Notes under the pieces: model-generated | The model's database searches: none | Seen by the model: only the letters and a program-made list of their open reading frames with translations | Told to the model about the DNA's origin: nothing | Assembly (NCBI GenBank): GCA_905182795.1 | Contig: CAJJCZ010000004.1 | Location: forward strand, 4,506-68,505 | Reading direction: 5' to 3' | From: an uncultured bacterium | Lineage (GTDB): Bacteria; Fidelibacterota; Marinisomatia; Marinisomatales; Marinisomataceae | DNA length: 64,000 bases | Made by a program: the position numbers and the translations under genes | Shown: one piece after another, positions 26,659 to 37,917 of the stretch | Layout of the letters: each line of letters opens with the position of its first letter | Position numbering within the stretch: the first letter of the stretch is position 1

Positions 26659-27741
26659 TTAATCCTCAAATTTCTCAAATTTAATGTCTTTATCTTTTTC
26701 TATTTGATAATACTCTTTAATAATTCTTTTCTCATCCTTAGATAGACTCTTAGGAACATTTACTTGAATTTTAATAAGTTGATCTCCGCGACTTGTTTTT
26801 CCAAGCTTAGGAAAGCCTTTTCCTTTAATTCTTAAAATTTGACCAGGCTGAAGACCGGAAGGAATTTTTAAACTAGCATGGCCATTGATTGTTGGAATAT
26901 CAATTTTGTCTCCAAAAACAACATGGGAATATCCAACCTTAGCTTGTAAGAGAACATCATTTCCATATCTCGAGAAATGCTCATGTTCTTCCTCTTCAAA
27001 GAATACATATAGATCGCCTGCATTACCATTAATATCTTCATGTCCTTGCGAATCCAGAGTCATATAATTACCGTTCTCTACTCCTACTGGAATTTTAATT
27101 TTTATTGTCTCTTCTTTTTTAATCATACCATTTTTATCTGCACCTGATGGAATCTTATCAACAGTCTTACCATACCCTTGGCACTCAGGACAAACTGACG
27201 CGGATCTCATTTGACCTAAAAATGAATTAGTAACTCGTGTTACCTGACCTAAACCATTACACATTGTACAGTTAGAGAAAGTTGCTCCATCTGCTAACTT
27301 AAGTCTTCTTAATTTGATTTTCTTTTGACCTCCATTGACAATTTCAGCATATGAAACTTCAATCTTGACTTTAACATCGCCACCGCTCCTTGGCTTAGAG
27401 GAAGATCTTCCTCCTGAAAAAAATGATTCAAATGGATTATTTCCTCCAAAAATATCTCCAAATTGATTAAAAATATCATCCATATTCATTGAATTGAATC
27501 CTGATTGCCCTCCACTCATTCCATTGAATGCAGAATGGCCAAACTGGTCATATTTCTGCCTCTTTGAAGCGTCGCTTAATATCGAGTATGCTTCAGCAGC
27601 TTCCTTAAATTTCTTTTCAGCAGCTTCATTGTCAGGGTTTCTATCTGGGTGATATTTCATAGCAATCTTGCGATATGCTCGCTTTATATCTTTTTCAGCA
27701 GAGCTCTTTGATACGCCTAATATGTCGTAAAAGTCTTTCAT
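26659..27741 (-). CDS. dnaJ: molecular chaperone DnaJ (only two CxxCxGxG repeats)
   Basis: J-domain YDILGVSKSSAEKDIKRAYRKIAMKYHPDRNP, a G/F-rich region, then CTMCNGLG and CPECQGYG. Confidence 0.9.
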   Translation of the reverse strand: MKDFYDILGVSKSSAEKDIKRAYRKIAMKYHPDRNPDNEAAEKKFKEAAEAYSILSDASKRQKYDQFGHSAFNGMSGGQSGFNSMNMDDIFNQFGDIFGGNNPFESFFSGGRSSSKPRSGGDVKVKIEVSYAEIVNGGQKKIKLRRLKLADGATFSNCTMCNGLGQVTRVTNSFLGQMRSASVCPECQGYGKTVDKIPSGADKNGMIKKEETIKIKIPVGVENGNYMTLDSQGHEDINGNAGDLYVFFEEEEHEHFSRYGNDVLLQAKVGYSHVVFGDKIDIPTINGHASLKIPSGLQPGQILRIKGKGFPKLGKTSRGDQLIKIQVNVPKSLSKDEKRIIKEYYQIEKDKDIKFEKFED

Positions 27742-28244
27742 TTTTTATTGACCACTACTTTCGCATGCCTAATAATCAGATCTTTATATTTAAAACCCAA
27801 TTCGTACACATCTACTATCTCATCATCTTTTTTATCTTCTAGGCTCGCTGTAGTAAGCGCTTCGTGCAACTCTGGATTGAAAACCTCTCCTGTCTTTCCA
27901 AATTCTTTGATTTCCTTGCTGTTCATTTTTTTTAAGAAATCTTCTCTTATTAGCAACAATGCTTTCTTAGTGTTCTCATCTTTATACGATTCAATTCCTC
28001 TGTTGATATTGTCTAATATAGATAAAAAATCAAGGATAAAGTTTTTACCATCATACTTAAAGAGTGCAGATATCTCAGACTCTTTTCTCTTTCTAAAATT
28101 ATCAAATTCTGCTTTCAACCTAAGCTGTTTATCCTCAAGAGATTTGATAAAATCTTCTAAGTCTTTTTTTGTCATTCTCTTTTTTGGAGGAGCTTTTACG
28201 CCGCTAGCAGAACTATCTGATCCGTTTTTTATTTTTTTATTCAT
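27738..28244 (-). CDS. grpE: nucleotide exchange factor GrpE
   Basis: LRLKAEFDNFRKRKESE...FNPELHEAL...GFKYKDLIIRHAKVVV. Confidence 0.85.
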   Translation of the reverse strand: MNKKIKNGSDSSASGVKAPPKKRMTKKDLEDFIKSLEDKQLRLKAEFDNFRKRKESEISALFKYDGKNFILDFLSILDNINRGIESYKDENTKKALLLIREDFLKKMNSKEIKEFGKTGEVFNPELHEALTTASLEDKKDDEIVDVYELGFKYKDLIIRHAKVVVNKK

Positions 28245-29098
28245 ACTAATATTTTCTTCATTGCTTTATTTGATGCATAAATACCTGTTATCAAACATAG
28301 GCCAATCATCCAGGCCCATAAAAAATTATCAATTTGTACATTCAAATTGAAGTAGGAATTTATTACAATGAAACTATAATTCACTAATAAAAATGCAATA
28401 AATGATCCAATGATAGATTGAAGTATAGATTCAATAAAGAATGGGATTTTAATAAATATATCTGAAGCCCCGTTATATTGTAATATCTCAATAAAATCGC
28501 TTCGATTTGACATTGATAATTTAACTGTATTTGATATCATTTGAATTGAAATAAAGACAATTCCAATAACGGATATTAGAAAAAAGAATATAAATAAATT
28601 AATCTTATCCTCGATACTGTCGATATAGATTCCTCTATATTCTACGCTATCTACAAAATCATAATTTTCTATATCATTAATCAATAACTCTACCTTATTT
28701 AAATCAAAATTATCTTTCTCTAGTGACACTTTTAAGGACATTGGAAGAGGATTGTATCCCAACATATCTACAACATCTTCTCCAAATTCTTCTAAAAAGA
28801 TATCTGCAGATTTTTCTTTATCAATTAATATAGTAGAAGATATAACAGAATTTGACTCTATTTGCTTAATTATGACAGTTGACTGCTCTAAGCTAACATC
28901 GTCATTTAAAAAAATTTCAAAAGTATACTTTGAGCGAAAAAAATCAACCAGACTATCTGTATTAAATCCAACAACAAAGAAAGTTCCAAGAATAGTAAAA
29001 TTAATCAAAATAGTTACTATGCATAAAAAATTAGTCAATTTATTTCTTAAAAAATTCTTTAGTCCTTCCGAGAAGAGAAAAGCAATTTTATCAATCAT
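28241..29098 (-). CDS. ftsX: cell division ABC transporter permease-like FtsX
   Basis: 285 aa, 4 TM with a large first extracytoplasmic loop. Overlaps ftsE by 4 nt. Confidence 0.8.
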   Translation of the reverse strand: MIDKIAFLFSEGLKNFLRNKLTNFLCIVTILINFTILGTFFVVGFNTDSLVDFFRSKYTFEIFLNDDVSLEQSTVIIKQIESNSVISSTILIDKEKSADIFLEEFGEDVVDMLGYNPLPMSLKVSLEKDNFDLNKVELLINDIENYDFVDSVEYRGIYIDSIEDKINLFIFFFLISVIGIVFISIQMISNTVKLSMSNRSDFIEILQYNGASDIFIKIPFFIESILQSIIGSFIAFLLVNYSFIVINSYFNLNVQIDNFLWAWMIGLCLITGIYASNKAMKKILV

Positions 29099-29748
29099 TC
29101 GCTCACCACCCTTCCTTGATCTAACTCTATAATCCTATATGGCTTTTCTGCTATTAATTTGTAATTATGGGTAGCCATTATTACACATGTACCCTCTTTA
29201 TTGATTTGCTCTAGTATTCTTAAAATTCTATGACCTGCTGTTGGATCAAGATTTCCAGTAGGTTCGTCTGCTAGTATTATATCTGGATTCTTTACAATTG
29301 CACGTGCAATACACACTCTCTGCTGTTCTCCTCCCGATAATTGATTAGGAAATTTCTTAGCATAGCGAGATAATTCTGTTAATTCTAATGCCTCATTTAC
29401 GAGGCTAGATATTTTTTTTCTTCCAAAGCCGTTAATATGTAAAGGTAGTGCTATATTCTCATAAACTGTTCTTTGTTTTAATAGTTTATAGTCCTGAAAA
29501 ATAACCCCAATTTTTTTTCTTGTTTTGTAAATATCTTTCTTTTTTATTTTTTTAGACGAATAACCTAATACGTTTACTTTGCCCTTATCTGGAAAGAGAT
29601 CAAAATATAAGAGTTTTAATAGGGTACTTTTTCCGGAGCCTGTAGGACCAACTAGAAAGCAGAATTCATCATCTTGAATATTTAAGTCAATATTATAAAT
29701 TCCAGATTTTGAAGAGTAATTATATGTAATATTTTTAAACTCAACCAT
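29095..29748 (-). CDS. ftsE: cell division ATP-binding protein FtsE
   Basis: [44 protein letters not shown]. Confidence 0.85.
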   Translation of the reverse strand: MVEFKNITYNYSSKSGIYNIDLNIQDDEFCFLVGPTGSGKSTLLKLLYFDLFPDKGKVNVLGYSSKKIKKKDIYKTRKKIGVIFQDYKLLKQRTVYENIALPLHINGFGRKKISSLVNEALELTELSRYAKKFPNQLSGGEQQRVCIARAIVKNPDIILADEPTGNLDPTAGHRILRILEQINKEGTCVIMATHNYKLIAEKPYRIIELDQGRVVSE

Positions 29749-30670
29749 AGAACTGAAGGTAAAGAAATAAGATATATATTAGTATCAATAAAAAGCCTGA
29801 TAATTTATTAAGCCCCTTATAAAAGAAACTTAAAAAAGCTAATAAACATAGTAATCCAACTCCGAAAAATAATTCAAAAGAAACATTGCTGACCTCCAAA
29901 GGACCTATTAAACCTATTACACCTAAAACAAATAATATATTGAAGATATTCGATCCAATGATGTTTCCTAGGGATATACCCACCTCTTTCCTAGAAAGTG
30001 CTGTGATAGTGACAAATAGCTCAGGCAAGGACGTTCCCATAGCAACAACAGTCATACCAATTGCTTTCTCAGAAAATCCAAACTCACGCACTAAAGGCGC
30101 TGCGCCATTTGAAATAAAAAGTTCAGAACCAGCATATAGAACTAAAGATCCAGCAAACAGTCTACCAAATGCCTTCTTCAAACAAACATCTTCCTCATTT
30201 TCCATTTCATTGTTACAAGAAGTGATATTGGGTCTTAAAAAACTAGCAATAATATAAATTATAAACAAAAATAAGAATATTTGAGAGTCACTAGAGCTAA
30301 TCTGATTATCTAATATGACATAGTAAAGAACTCCGCATGCCAACAGATTATACATGAAAGCTGATATTACATTCTTGTATTCGAAATCCATTTTATAAAA
30401 CAATGCAGGTAATCCTAAAGCTAAGCCAATATTAGCGACATTTGATCCTAACACATTACCGATAACAAAATCAGCATGTCCTTCCAAAGAAGAGATAATA
30501 CCAACGACTAACTCGGGAAACGATGTTCCAATAGAAACAACTGTCAGTCCGATTACAAGATCAGAAATCTTTAATTTTTTGGCGACATCTTTTGCGCCAT
30601 CTACTAACCATTCAGAACCATAAAATAACCCTAAAGAACCTATTAAAAGAAAAAATATACTAGACAACAT
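29741..30670 (-). CDS. calcium/sodium antiporter (CaCA family, YrbG-like)
   Basis: Two alpha-repeats, GNVLGSNVANIGLALG and GNIIGSNIFNILFVLG. Confidence 0.85.
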   Translation of the reverse strand: MLSSIFFLLIGSLGLFYGSEWLVDGAKDVAKKLKISDLVIGLTVVSIGTSFPELVVGIISSLEGHADFVIGNVLGSNVANIGLALGLPALFYKMDFEYKNVISAFMYNLLACGVLYYVILDNQISSSDSQIFLFLFIIYIIASFLRPNITSCNNEMENEEDVCLKKAFGRLFAGSLVLYAGSELFISNGAAPLVREFGFSEKAIGMTVVAMGTSLPELFVTITALSRKEVGISLGNIIGSNIFNILFVLGVIGLIGPLEVSNVSFELFFGVGLLCLLAFLSFFYKGLNKLSGFLLILIYILFLYLQFYG

Positions 30671-31251
30671 TAGTACAATCCGTTCTTATTAATATATTTC
30701 CAAACATCTTTTGGTACCATGTATCTAATTGTTTTTCCATCTCTCCAGCGTGCTCTTATATTCGTCGAGGAAATTTCAAATTGAGGAATGTTAGCAAAAT
30801 GTACTTCATCTAATATCCATTGCGGTATATCACTAGGAGTAAATCCCGGTCTAATTGCAACAATAATATTACATAAATTCATTATCTTCTTAGGATCTTT
30901 CCATTTGTGAAACTCTCGCAGAGTATCACTCCCCATAAGGAAATATAAATCTTTTTTTTCTAGATTGCGGTTTTGAGCAAACTCATTAATCGTGTCAATG
31001 GTATAGCTAATATCTCCCTTATTAATTTCAAAATCAGATATTTCAAAATTATCATTACCAACAAGGGCCATATTGAGCATATCTAATCTTTTTCTAGTGG
31101 AAGACATGACCTTTCCCTGTTTGGCGGGCGAGATATTTGCAGGTACGAATATTAATCTTTCGAAGTTTTCAGATTCAATAATAGTCTGAGCAATTAGAAG
31201 ATGTCCAATATGAGGAGGGTCAAAAGTACCACCGAATATACAGGTTTTCAT
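30670..31251 (-). CDS. nadD: nicotinate-nucleotide adenylyltransferase
   Basis: IFGGTFDPPHIGH...ISSTNIR. Confidence 0.85.
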   Translation of the reverse strand: MKTCIFGGTFDPPHIGHLLIAQTIIESENFERLIFVPANISPAKQGKVMSSTRKRLDMLNMALVGNDNFEISDFEINKGDISYTIDTINEFAQNRNLEKKDLYFLMGSDTLREFHKWKDPKKIMNLCNIIVAIRPGFTPSDIPQWILDEVHFANIPQFEISSTNIRARWRDGKTIRYMVPKDVWKYINKNGLY

Positions 31252-31263
31252 AATCTACCTACC

Positions 31264-32007
31264 TTAAGAATTGTTATTTAAAATCTGTGAAGCTTCTTCT
31301 TTGAAGCTATCATTGACTAGCGATTTATCGCTTGCACCTAAACCATCTAAAAACTCTTTAGCCTCTTCTTGCTTATCCAAAAGAACTAAACATCGTATTA
31401 CTTCTAGATTTGCATTTCTATAATATTTTGTATCATAGTAGTCATTAATTACAATCTTATAAGAAACGATTGCTGAATCATAAGCCTTTAGCTTGAAATA
31501 TAACACACCTGTTTCCATGCTCTTTTCAGCTAACCTCAATCTAAGATCTTTAATGAGATTGTCGGCGCCAACAGAATAGTTAGAAGAAGGATAATCATCT
31601 AAGAATTGCTGTATTTCTGTTACAGCTTTCTTACTAGACTCTTGATCGTGATAATAATTTGGAGATAAGGCCATTAAAGTTTCACATATTCTCCATCGAG
31701 TTTTTTCGATATAAGGACTAAATCCCATTCGTGATACTAGTTTTTCATATTCAATTAATGCTAATCCGTAATCTTCATCTAAAAAATAGGACTCTGCTAA
31801 AAAAAATAATGCATCATCTCCTAGGTCGGTATGGGAAGCTCTTTCAACGATAATGTTAAATTGCTGAGCTGCTTTTGGATATTTTTCATCTTCAAAAAAT
31901 TCTAATCCGTCTTCAAATCTGGTTTTGTAGGGAATATTGTCATCAAAAGGATTTGACCAGCCGCAACCAACCATAAAGAAGATAATTGAAAAGAATATAA
32001 ATTTCAT
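31264..32007 (-). CDS. bamD: outer membrane protein assembly factor BamD
   Basis: Lipobox FFMVGCG, followed by TPR-like repeats; 247 aa. Confidence 0.7.
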   Translation of the reverse strand: MKFIFFSIIFFMVGCGWSNPFDDNIPYKTRFEDGLEFFEDEKYPKAAQQFNIIVERASHTDLGDDALFFLAESYFLDEDYGLALIEYEKLVSRMGFSPYIEKTRWRICETLMALSPNYYHDQESSKKAVTEIQQFLDDYPSSNYSVGADNLIKDLRLRLAEKSMETGVLYFKLKAYDSAIVSYKIVINDYYDTKYYRNANLEVIRCLVLLDKQEEAKEFLDGLGASDKSLVNDSFKEEASQILNNNS

Positions 32008-32039
32008 ATTAGCTATTATTTTGATATCTCAGCGCGGGA

Positions 32040-32984
32040 TTAGAAAGAACCGCTTAAAGAGAATCTCACCATATTTGAATGTGGATCAAGTTCTCCACCC
32101 ATGATATAACTCACATCAAACCCAAGAGCGTCTATACGAGCTCCTAAACCTAAAGTTGTATAGCTTAACTCACCGGATGGATCATTTATAAGACCTGCTC
32201 TTAATGCAAAATCTTCTACAAGATAATATTCTAATCCAAGATTAGTTACCATCGATTGATCGTTGATTTCATAGTTTAAATCAAACGCTATATTTGCTTT
32301 ACCTTCAAAAGCCAAATAACCTAAACCTAAGCCAAGCTTAGTAGGTAGTGGGTCTTCTTCCCCGTCTCCAAAGCTAACACCTGGACCTAAATTTGTTAAT
32401 ACAGCACCCATTGTTAGGTTGGGGTTATCCATTGCATTATGCTTAAAATAACCAACATCAACAGCAACACTGCTGCTAGAGGCATCAAGACTGCTTATAA
32501 CAGCAAGTTCTTGGTAAAAATATTTTCCATTTACACCCCAAGATGAATCTTCATCAATCTTTTTAGCATATGATACATTCAATGCATACATATAACTAGA
32601 AAATGAACCTAGTTCAGAACCATTTGCATCTGTGCTAACCTGATCTCCTAGATTTAAATAAGTAAAATGACCACCAATTGAAGAATCTTCTCTGAATGGA
32701 GTAGCGAATGTAATAAAATCATATGCCATATCATCTACTAGGTTTGGTAGATAGCTAGTATGCATAAAAGAAGCTTGAGTATTAGAAAGGTTCGTTAGAC
32801 CGGCTGGATTATAATATGTAGCATAAGCATCGTTTGCTAATCCAATTTGTGCCTCTCCCATACCATTAGCTCTCGCACCTGGATTTATGGATAAAAATAA
32901 TGATCCTGCTTGGCCTTGAGCCATAACAAGCTGTGATAGTAAAATAATTGCTGTGATTAGATTTTTATTTTTCATGATAGACAA
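32040..32984 (-). CDS. PorV/FadL-like outer-membrane beta-barrel protein
   Basis: Signal peptide; GARANGMGEAQIGLANDAYATYYNPAGL; alternating beta-strand pattern; C-terminal SLSGSF. Confidence 0.55.
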   Translation of the reverse strand: MSIMKNKNLITAIILLSQLVMAQGQAGSLFLSINPGARANGMGEAQIGLANDAYATYYNPAGLTNLSNTQASFMHTSYLPNLVDDMAYDFITFATPFREDSSIGGHFTYLNLGDQVSTDANGSELGSFSSYMYALNVSYAKKIDEDSSWGVNGKYFYQELAVISSLDASSSSVAVDVGYFKHNAMDNPNLTMGAVLTNLGPGVSFGDGEEDPLPTKLGLGLGYLAFEGKANIAFDLNYEINDQSMVTNLGLEYYLVEDFALRAGLINDPSGELSYTTLGLGARIDALGFDVSYIMGGELDPHSNMVRFSLSGSF

Positions 32985-32997
32985 AGATAAATAAAAA

Positions 32998-34800
32998 TCA
33001 GTAAAAGAACAAAGGAATATATGTTATAATTAGAACCCCTATTAATCTTATAAAAAAGTAAGGCATTGTAGCCGCATAAATAGTTGGCATATCTTTTTTA
33101 AAACGATAAGATGATAAGAACAAATTCATACCTACTGGCGGTGTAATATAGCCCAATTCTAGGTTAGCGATAAAAATAATTCCTAGATGTATTGGGTCAA
33201 TTCCAAAATGTATCGCCAGAGGAGCAATTAAAGGAACTATAACAATAATAGCTGAAAAAATATCCATAATACATCCAGCAATTAGTAATAAAATATTTAG
33301 AGCCAGTAAAAACATTATAGGAGAGTCGATAGATGTCTTTGCAAACTGTAGGATTTTCATAGGAATTTGAGCATCGACAAGATATCCGGTAAATCCCATA
33401 GCAAATCCGAGAATAATTAATACTCCACCTACTAATGTTGCGCAATCAATAACAATTTTATAAATATCTCTAAATTGTATATCCCTATAGATATAAACTT
33501 CAACAAATAAAACATACCATACTAACAAAGCAGCACATTCTACTAGCGTTGCTATTCCGCTAAATAAACCATAAATAATTAATACTGGTATAGCTATCTC
33601 CCATTTTGCATCAAGAAAAGATTGTGTTAGGTCTTTAATACTAAACTGAACCTTCTTTTGTGTTTTTGGCTTATGATATATCCCATAACAAACAATAATA
33701 AATAACAAAAATAAACCAGGAATAAGACCGCTTTTAAATAATTCAATCGGATTAATACCTGCCGTAACAGAGTAGATAATTACAGGAAGACTCGGTGGAA
33801 ATAATAATCCAAGAGATCCAGCTGTTGTAATTAATCCTAAAGAAAAAATTTCAGAATAGCCATCCTCAATTAATATGGGATATAAAATAGCTCCTAAGGC
33901 TAAAATTGTGACGCCAGATCCACCTGTAAGTGCGGTGAAAAAAGCACATAACAAAACAACAATTAATACCGTTGATCCGGGAAGCCATCCCAATGATGCT
34001 TTAAAAAAGCTTAGAAGTCGCTTAGAAATATTACTTTCAGCAAGTATGTATCCAGCTAATGTAAAAATAGGAATAGCTGCTAATGTAGGAGAAACTACAA
34101 TACGATATGCACTATCACTAATAGTGGACATTAAATCAAAGTTTGTAGCCCATTCAGTAGGTTCTGACAAGAAGAAGAGTATTGAAAGACCAGCTAAAAT
34201 AATAAAAATAGGCAAACCAAATGCTACTAATCCAATAATACCTAAAACCTTAATTGTTAAAAAGATTTCATTAGAAAACGGGAATTGCCAATAATAAAGG
34301 ATTGTGGTCATCAGAAAAGAACCAAAAACTAGGAAGAGACGATAATTCAATCTACTACTGCTTGTCATTATCATATGATACCAGATTAATAACAATCCGA
34401 CTGGAATAATACTTTGAGCAAACCACACCGTTATAAATGGAGCAATAAATTCTGGATATTCTATCCCGATCTGTATCATTTTTAGATAAGAGATAGCAAG
34501 GACAAAAACTACTCCAGCTGAACACATATGAACTAGAAAATGACTAATTCTAAACTCAGAAGACTGATTAAAAACTGGCTCTCTGACAATGGATAAGAGT
34601 CTATTAGATCTTGCAGCTAATACCGCCCCAATAAAAGCAATCCACAGAGTCATGTGTTGTACGATTTCTTGAGAAGCGGGGATTGAAAAAAATCCTACAA
34701 ACCTAGATAGAATTTGAAAAACTGGAAAAGAAACGATTATAGCAAAACATATATAACAAAGAAAATTTTCTGCTTTACTAAGGATATTATTGTTCATCAA
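32998..34800 (-). CDS. TRAP transporter fused small/large permease (DctQ-DctM type)
   Basis: 600 aa polytopic. The N-terminal ~160 aa is DctQ-like and the remainder DctM-like. Overlaps the binding-protein gene by 14 nt. Confidence 0.8.
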   Translation of the reverse strand: MMNNNILSKAENFLCYICFAIIVSFPVFQILSRFVGFFSIPASQEIVQHMTLWIAFIGAVLAARSNRLLSIVREPVFNQSSEFRISHFLVHMCSAGVVFVLAISYLKMIQIGIEYPEFIAPFITVWFAQSIIPVGLLLIWYHMIMTSSSRLNYRLFLVFGSFLMTTILYYWQFPFSNEIFLTIKVLGIIGLVAFGLPIFIILAGLSILFFLSEPTEWATNFDLMSTISDSAYRIVVSPTLAAIPIFTLAGYILAESNISKRLLSFFKASLGWLPGSTVLIVVLLCAFFTALTGGSGVTILALGAILYPILIEDGYSEIFSLGLITTAGSLGLLFPPSLPVIIYSVTAGINPIELFKSGLIPGLFLLFIIVCYGIYHKPKTQKKVQFSIKDLTQSFLDAKWEIAIPVLIIYGLFSGIATLVECAALLVWYVLFVEVYIYRDIQFRDIYKIVIDCATLVGGVLIILGFAMGFTGYLVDAQIPMKILQFAKTSIDSPIMFLLALNILLLIAGCIMDIFSAIIVIVPLIAPLAIHFGIDPIHLGIIFIANLELGYITPPVGMNLFLSSYRFKKDMPTIYAATMPYFFIRLIGVLIITYIPLFFY

Positions 34801-35767
34801 TAGCTGAAGTGACTTTATTGTAAATTTCTTCAGACAAGAATGTATCGATTACATCTGGAGTAATTTCATTTTTGAATGACTCCCAAACTTCCAATTCTTT
34901 ATCATTGGGGGTTTTAACTTTCATACCATACTGTTCCATTGCATCAATGGCTTTAATTTCCATTTCTCTGCCATTCTTTTGATACTTTCTTCCAATATCT
35001 TTCGCTACGATCATCATCGCTTTCTTATGCTCAGGTTTTATTTTTGACCAAACTTTATTGTCGATTATTACAGCTCCGATAAAAGCACCCCACTTCAAAT
35101 CTAACATATTTGGCATTAATGCTGACCACCCAGAGCTAGCAGCTAAAATTGGTACTGTTTGCATTGAATTAATCATGCCGGTTTGTAATCCTGTAAGAAT
35201 ATCAGTTTCTGACATAGGTATAGCATTAAACCCAAATTTTTTAAATAACTCTACTGTAACATAATCGCCCGCTGATGTAAAAATCTTTGAATCTTTCAAG
35301 TCTTGAGGTACTGTAATTTCATCTGAAGAAAACCAATATACCCACCCAATATCTACTAAAAACAATAATTCAAATCCACTATCAGATAATTCATCATGAA
35401 TATCATCAAACATAGCATCTTTGACTCGATCTACTTCATTATAATCTTTGAAACCCATAGGTAATGTAAAGGCCTGAATACTGTCCGTTAAACGTGCTAA
35501 GCCAATTGAAGACATTGCAGATGCTTGAATTTGACCGATACGCATTTTACGAATTGTATCTATCTCTCCACCCACAACACCATTAGGGTAAATACGTAGT
35601 TGTACCTGACCATTTGTCTCTTCTTGCCATCTTTGACCCATCTCTAGGAGAAGATTGTAATACTCTGTTCCTTCGGGAGCTACTGTTGCGAGCTTAATGA
35701 TGATTGGCTTTGAAACTAAAGCTCCAGATAAAAGAACTATTACGATAATATTTTTTAGAAAATTCAT
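34787..35767 (-). CDS. TRAP transporter substrate-binding protein (DctP/TatP type)
   Basis: Signal peptide; 326 aa; IIIKLATVAPEGTEYY...RKMRIGQIQASAMS. Confidence 0.8.
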   Translation of the reverse strand: MNFLKNIIVIVLLSGALVSKPIIIKLATVAPEGTEYYNLLLEMGQRWQEETNGQVQLRIYPNGVVGGEIDTIRKMRIGQIQASAMSSIGLARLTDSIQAFTLPMGFKDYNEVDRVKDAMFDDIHDELSDSGFELLFLVDIGWVYWFSSDEITVPQDLKDSKIFTSAGDYVTVELFKKFGFNAIPMSETDILTGLQTGMINSMQTVPILAASSGWSALMPNMLDLKWGAFIGAVIIDNKVWSKIKPEHKKAMMIVAKDIGRKYQKNGREMEIKAIDAMEQYGMKVKTPNDKELEVWESFKNEITPDVIDTFLSEEIYNKVTSAIDEQ

Positions 35768-35776
35768 TATATAAAT

Positions 35777-36634
35777 CTACATATAAAAAAGTTCATCAAC
35801 CCTAGTTAACAACCACTTTGCTCTTAATTTAGATACCGTATTCGCCTGCTTTAGATCCTTATCTTTGCTAATATCGATTGTCAAAGCCTTGTTAATCAAC
35901 TCTAAAAAATAGGCTTTATCCTGCTTTGAAACAGCAAAGCTCTCGGCCAATGTAACGTATATGCTGATATTGTATCCATTTGCCGCGCGATCAGCTAATT
36001 CAAAATATTCCAATGCTTTTCTTTCAGAATCTTTATCTCCACTTAGATCATTGAGATATACGCTCATCATTGCAGCATACAATGATCCTTTTTCCCAAGA
36101 AGGATTAAGTTTCATGGCATTTTCAAGCAACCATCTAATATTATTTAAATCAATTAAATACTCTGGATCTCCCTGACTAGCCTGTATTGATCCTGCCATC
36201 GAACCGCTAAGCCAATACAAATAAGGAACATCATCAATGTTAAAATCTATATCGGATTTTATCATCATTTTTGATTCAAAGTCATCGTGTCTTAATGATA
36301 GAGCTTTAACCATATATTCCCTCGAAGTGACAAAAAAATCTAACGATTCGCTATAATACTCTCTTGCTGTATAATAATCTGCATACATTAATCTATCTGC
36401 TTTCTCCATGAGAATACCATAAGAATACTGAGTTAAACTCTTAGAAGCACTTAAGTAAACAGCTGGATTAAATGCATTATTTTTAATTTTCTTTTGATGA
36501 GATTTAAATGAAATTGGTATAGCATACTCTGCTATACTAGATCCGAACATTAGATCTTTATTGGATGAGCAAGAATTAAAAAATAAGCCTATAAAAATAG
36601 CTATATATATCTTTCTTGTTGTGAGATTAATCAT
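35777..36634 (-). CDS. TatT-like TPR lipoprotein associated with the TRAP transporter
   Basis: Lipobox FFNSCSS. All-helical repeat protein lying immediately upstream of the DctP-like gene, as in T. pallidum TatT-TatP(T). Assigned mainly from synteny and composition. Confidence 0.55.
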   Translation of the reverse strand: MINLTTRKIYIAIFIGLFFNSCSSNKDLMFGSSIAEYAIPISFKSHQKKIKNNAFNPAVYLSASKSLTQYSYGILMEKADRLMYADYYTAREYYSESLDFFVTSREYMVKALSLRHDDFESKMMIKSDIDFNIDDVPYLYWLSGSMAGSIQASQGDPEYLIDLNNIRWLLENAMKLNPSWEKGSLYAAMMSVYLNDLSGDKDSERKALEYFELADRAANGYNISIYVTLAESFAVSKQDKAYFLELINKALTIDISKDKDLKQANTVSKLRAKWLLTRVDELFYM

Positions 36635-37913
36635 AAATTGGAAATGATTTACATAATTTTTTTACTTCGGACTTAACAGAACTAATAATATCTTTATCTT
36701 CACTATTTGTAATAACTCTATCCATTAAATCTACTACTACCCTGACTTCATCTTTACCCATACCTCTAGTAGTTAATGCTGGCGACCCTACTCTAATACC
36801 GCTAGTCACAAATGGACTTTTAGGATCAAAAGGAATCATATTTTTATTTACTGTAATACCAGCTTCATCTAAGGCATGTTCAGCTTGCTTTCCTGATACA
36901 GATTTGTTTTGCAAGTCTAATAACACTAAGTGTGTATCTGTCCCGCCCGATATGAGATTATATCCTCTTCTTAAAAATTCTTCTGAAAAACACTGAGCAT
37001 TACTAAGAACTTGCTGTATATATCCTTTGAAATCGGGAGATAGAGCTTCTTTAAAAGCTACCGCTTTTCCAGCGATAATATGCATTAATGGACCTCCTTG
37101 TATTCCAGGCATTACTGCACTATCTAACAGCTCAGACATCATTTTTGTTCTTCCTGATTTTGGCGCTACAACACCATATGGATTTTTAAAATCTTCACCC
37201 ATCAATATGATACCACCTCTAGGACCTCTTAAAGTTTTATGGGTACTGGTAGAAACAACATGGCAGTGCGGAAATGGCGAAGGATGCATTTCGGCGGCAA
37301 TTAAACCTGAATTATGACAAATATCTCCATGTAAGAAAGCTCCAACCTCATCTGCAATTTCTCTAAATTTTTCAAACTCTACTGTTCTTGGATAAGCACT
37401 AGCTCCACAAATTATTATTTTAGGTTTATGCTCTCGTGCTTTTATCAACAAATCATCAAAATCAATTAAACCATCTTCTTTCTTAACATGAAATGTTACT
37501 GCATTATATAGTTTTCCGGAAAAACTAACCTTAGATCCATGAGTTAAATGTCCACCATGACTTAAGTCAAGCCCCATAATACAGTCTCCTGGGTTAAGCA
37601 TTGCTAAAAAGATACCCATATTAGCAGAAGACCCTGAATGTGGCTGTACATTAGCATATTCGGCTTTAAACAGTATCTTAGCACGATCGATTGCTAGATT
37701 TTCTGCCTCATCAACGTGAACACATCCACCATAATATCTTTTTCCAGGATATCCTTCCGCGTACTTGTTAGTTAAAACAGATCCTGCAGCCTCTAATACT
37801 GCTTTACTTGTAAAATTTTCTGAAGCAATTAATTCAAGAAAATCAGTTTGACGATTGAATTCAGAATTAATTATTGTAAAAATTTCATTGTCTTCATTCT
37901 TTAAATGAGACAT
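36627..37913 (-). CDS. glyA: serine hydroxymethyltransferase
   Basis: [50 protein letters not shown]. Confidence 0.95.
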   Translation of the reverse strand: MSHLKNEDNEIFTIINSEFNRQTDFLELIASENFTSKAVLEAAGSVLTNKYAEGYPGKRYYGGCVHVDEAENLAIDRAKILFKAEYANVQPHSGSSANMGIFLAMLNPGDCIMGLDLSHGGHLTHGSKVSFSGKLYNAVTFHVKKEDGLIDFDDLLIKAREHKPKIIICGASAYPRTVEFEKFREIADEVGAFLHGDICHNSGLIAAEMHPSPFPHCHVVSTSTHKTLRGPRGGIILMGEDFKNPYGVVAPKSGRTKMMSELLDSAVMPGIQGGPLMHIIAGKAVAFKEALSPDFKGYIQQVLSNAQCFSEEFLRRGYNLISGGTDTHLVLLDLQNKSVSGKQAEHALDEAGITVNKNMIPFDPKSPFVTSGIRVGSPALTTRGMGKDEVRVVVDLMDRVITNSEDKDIISSVKSEVKKLCKSFPIYD

Positions 37914-37917
37914 AAAA

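Noticed and set aside
33197-33445. 82-aa same-strand ORF inside the TRAP permease gene
   Set aside because: It is out of frame within a continuous 600-aa DctQM-like polytopic protein and has no features of its own.
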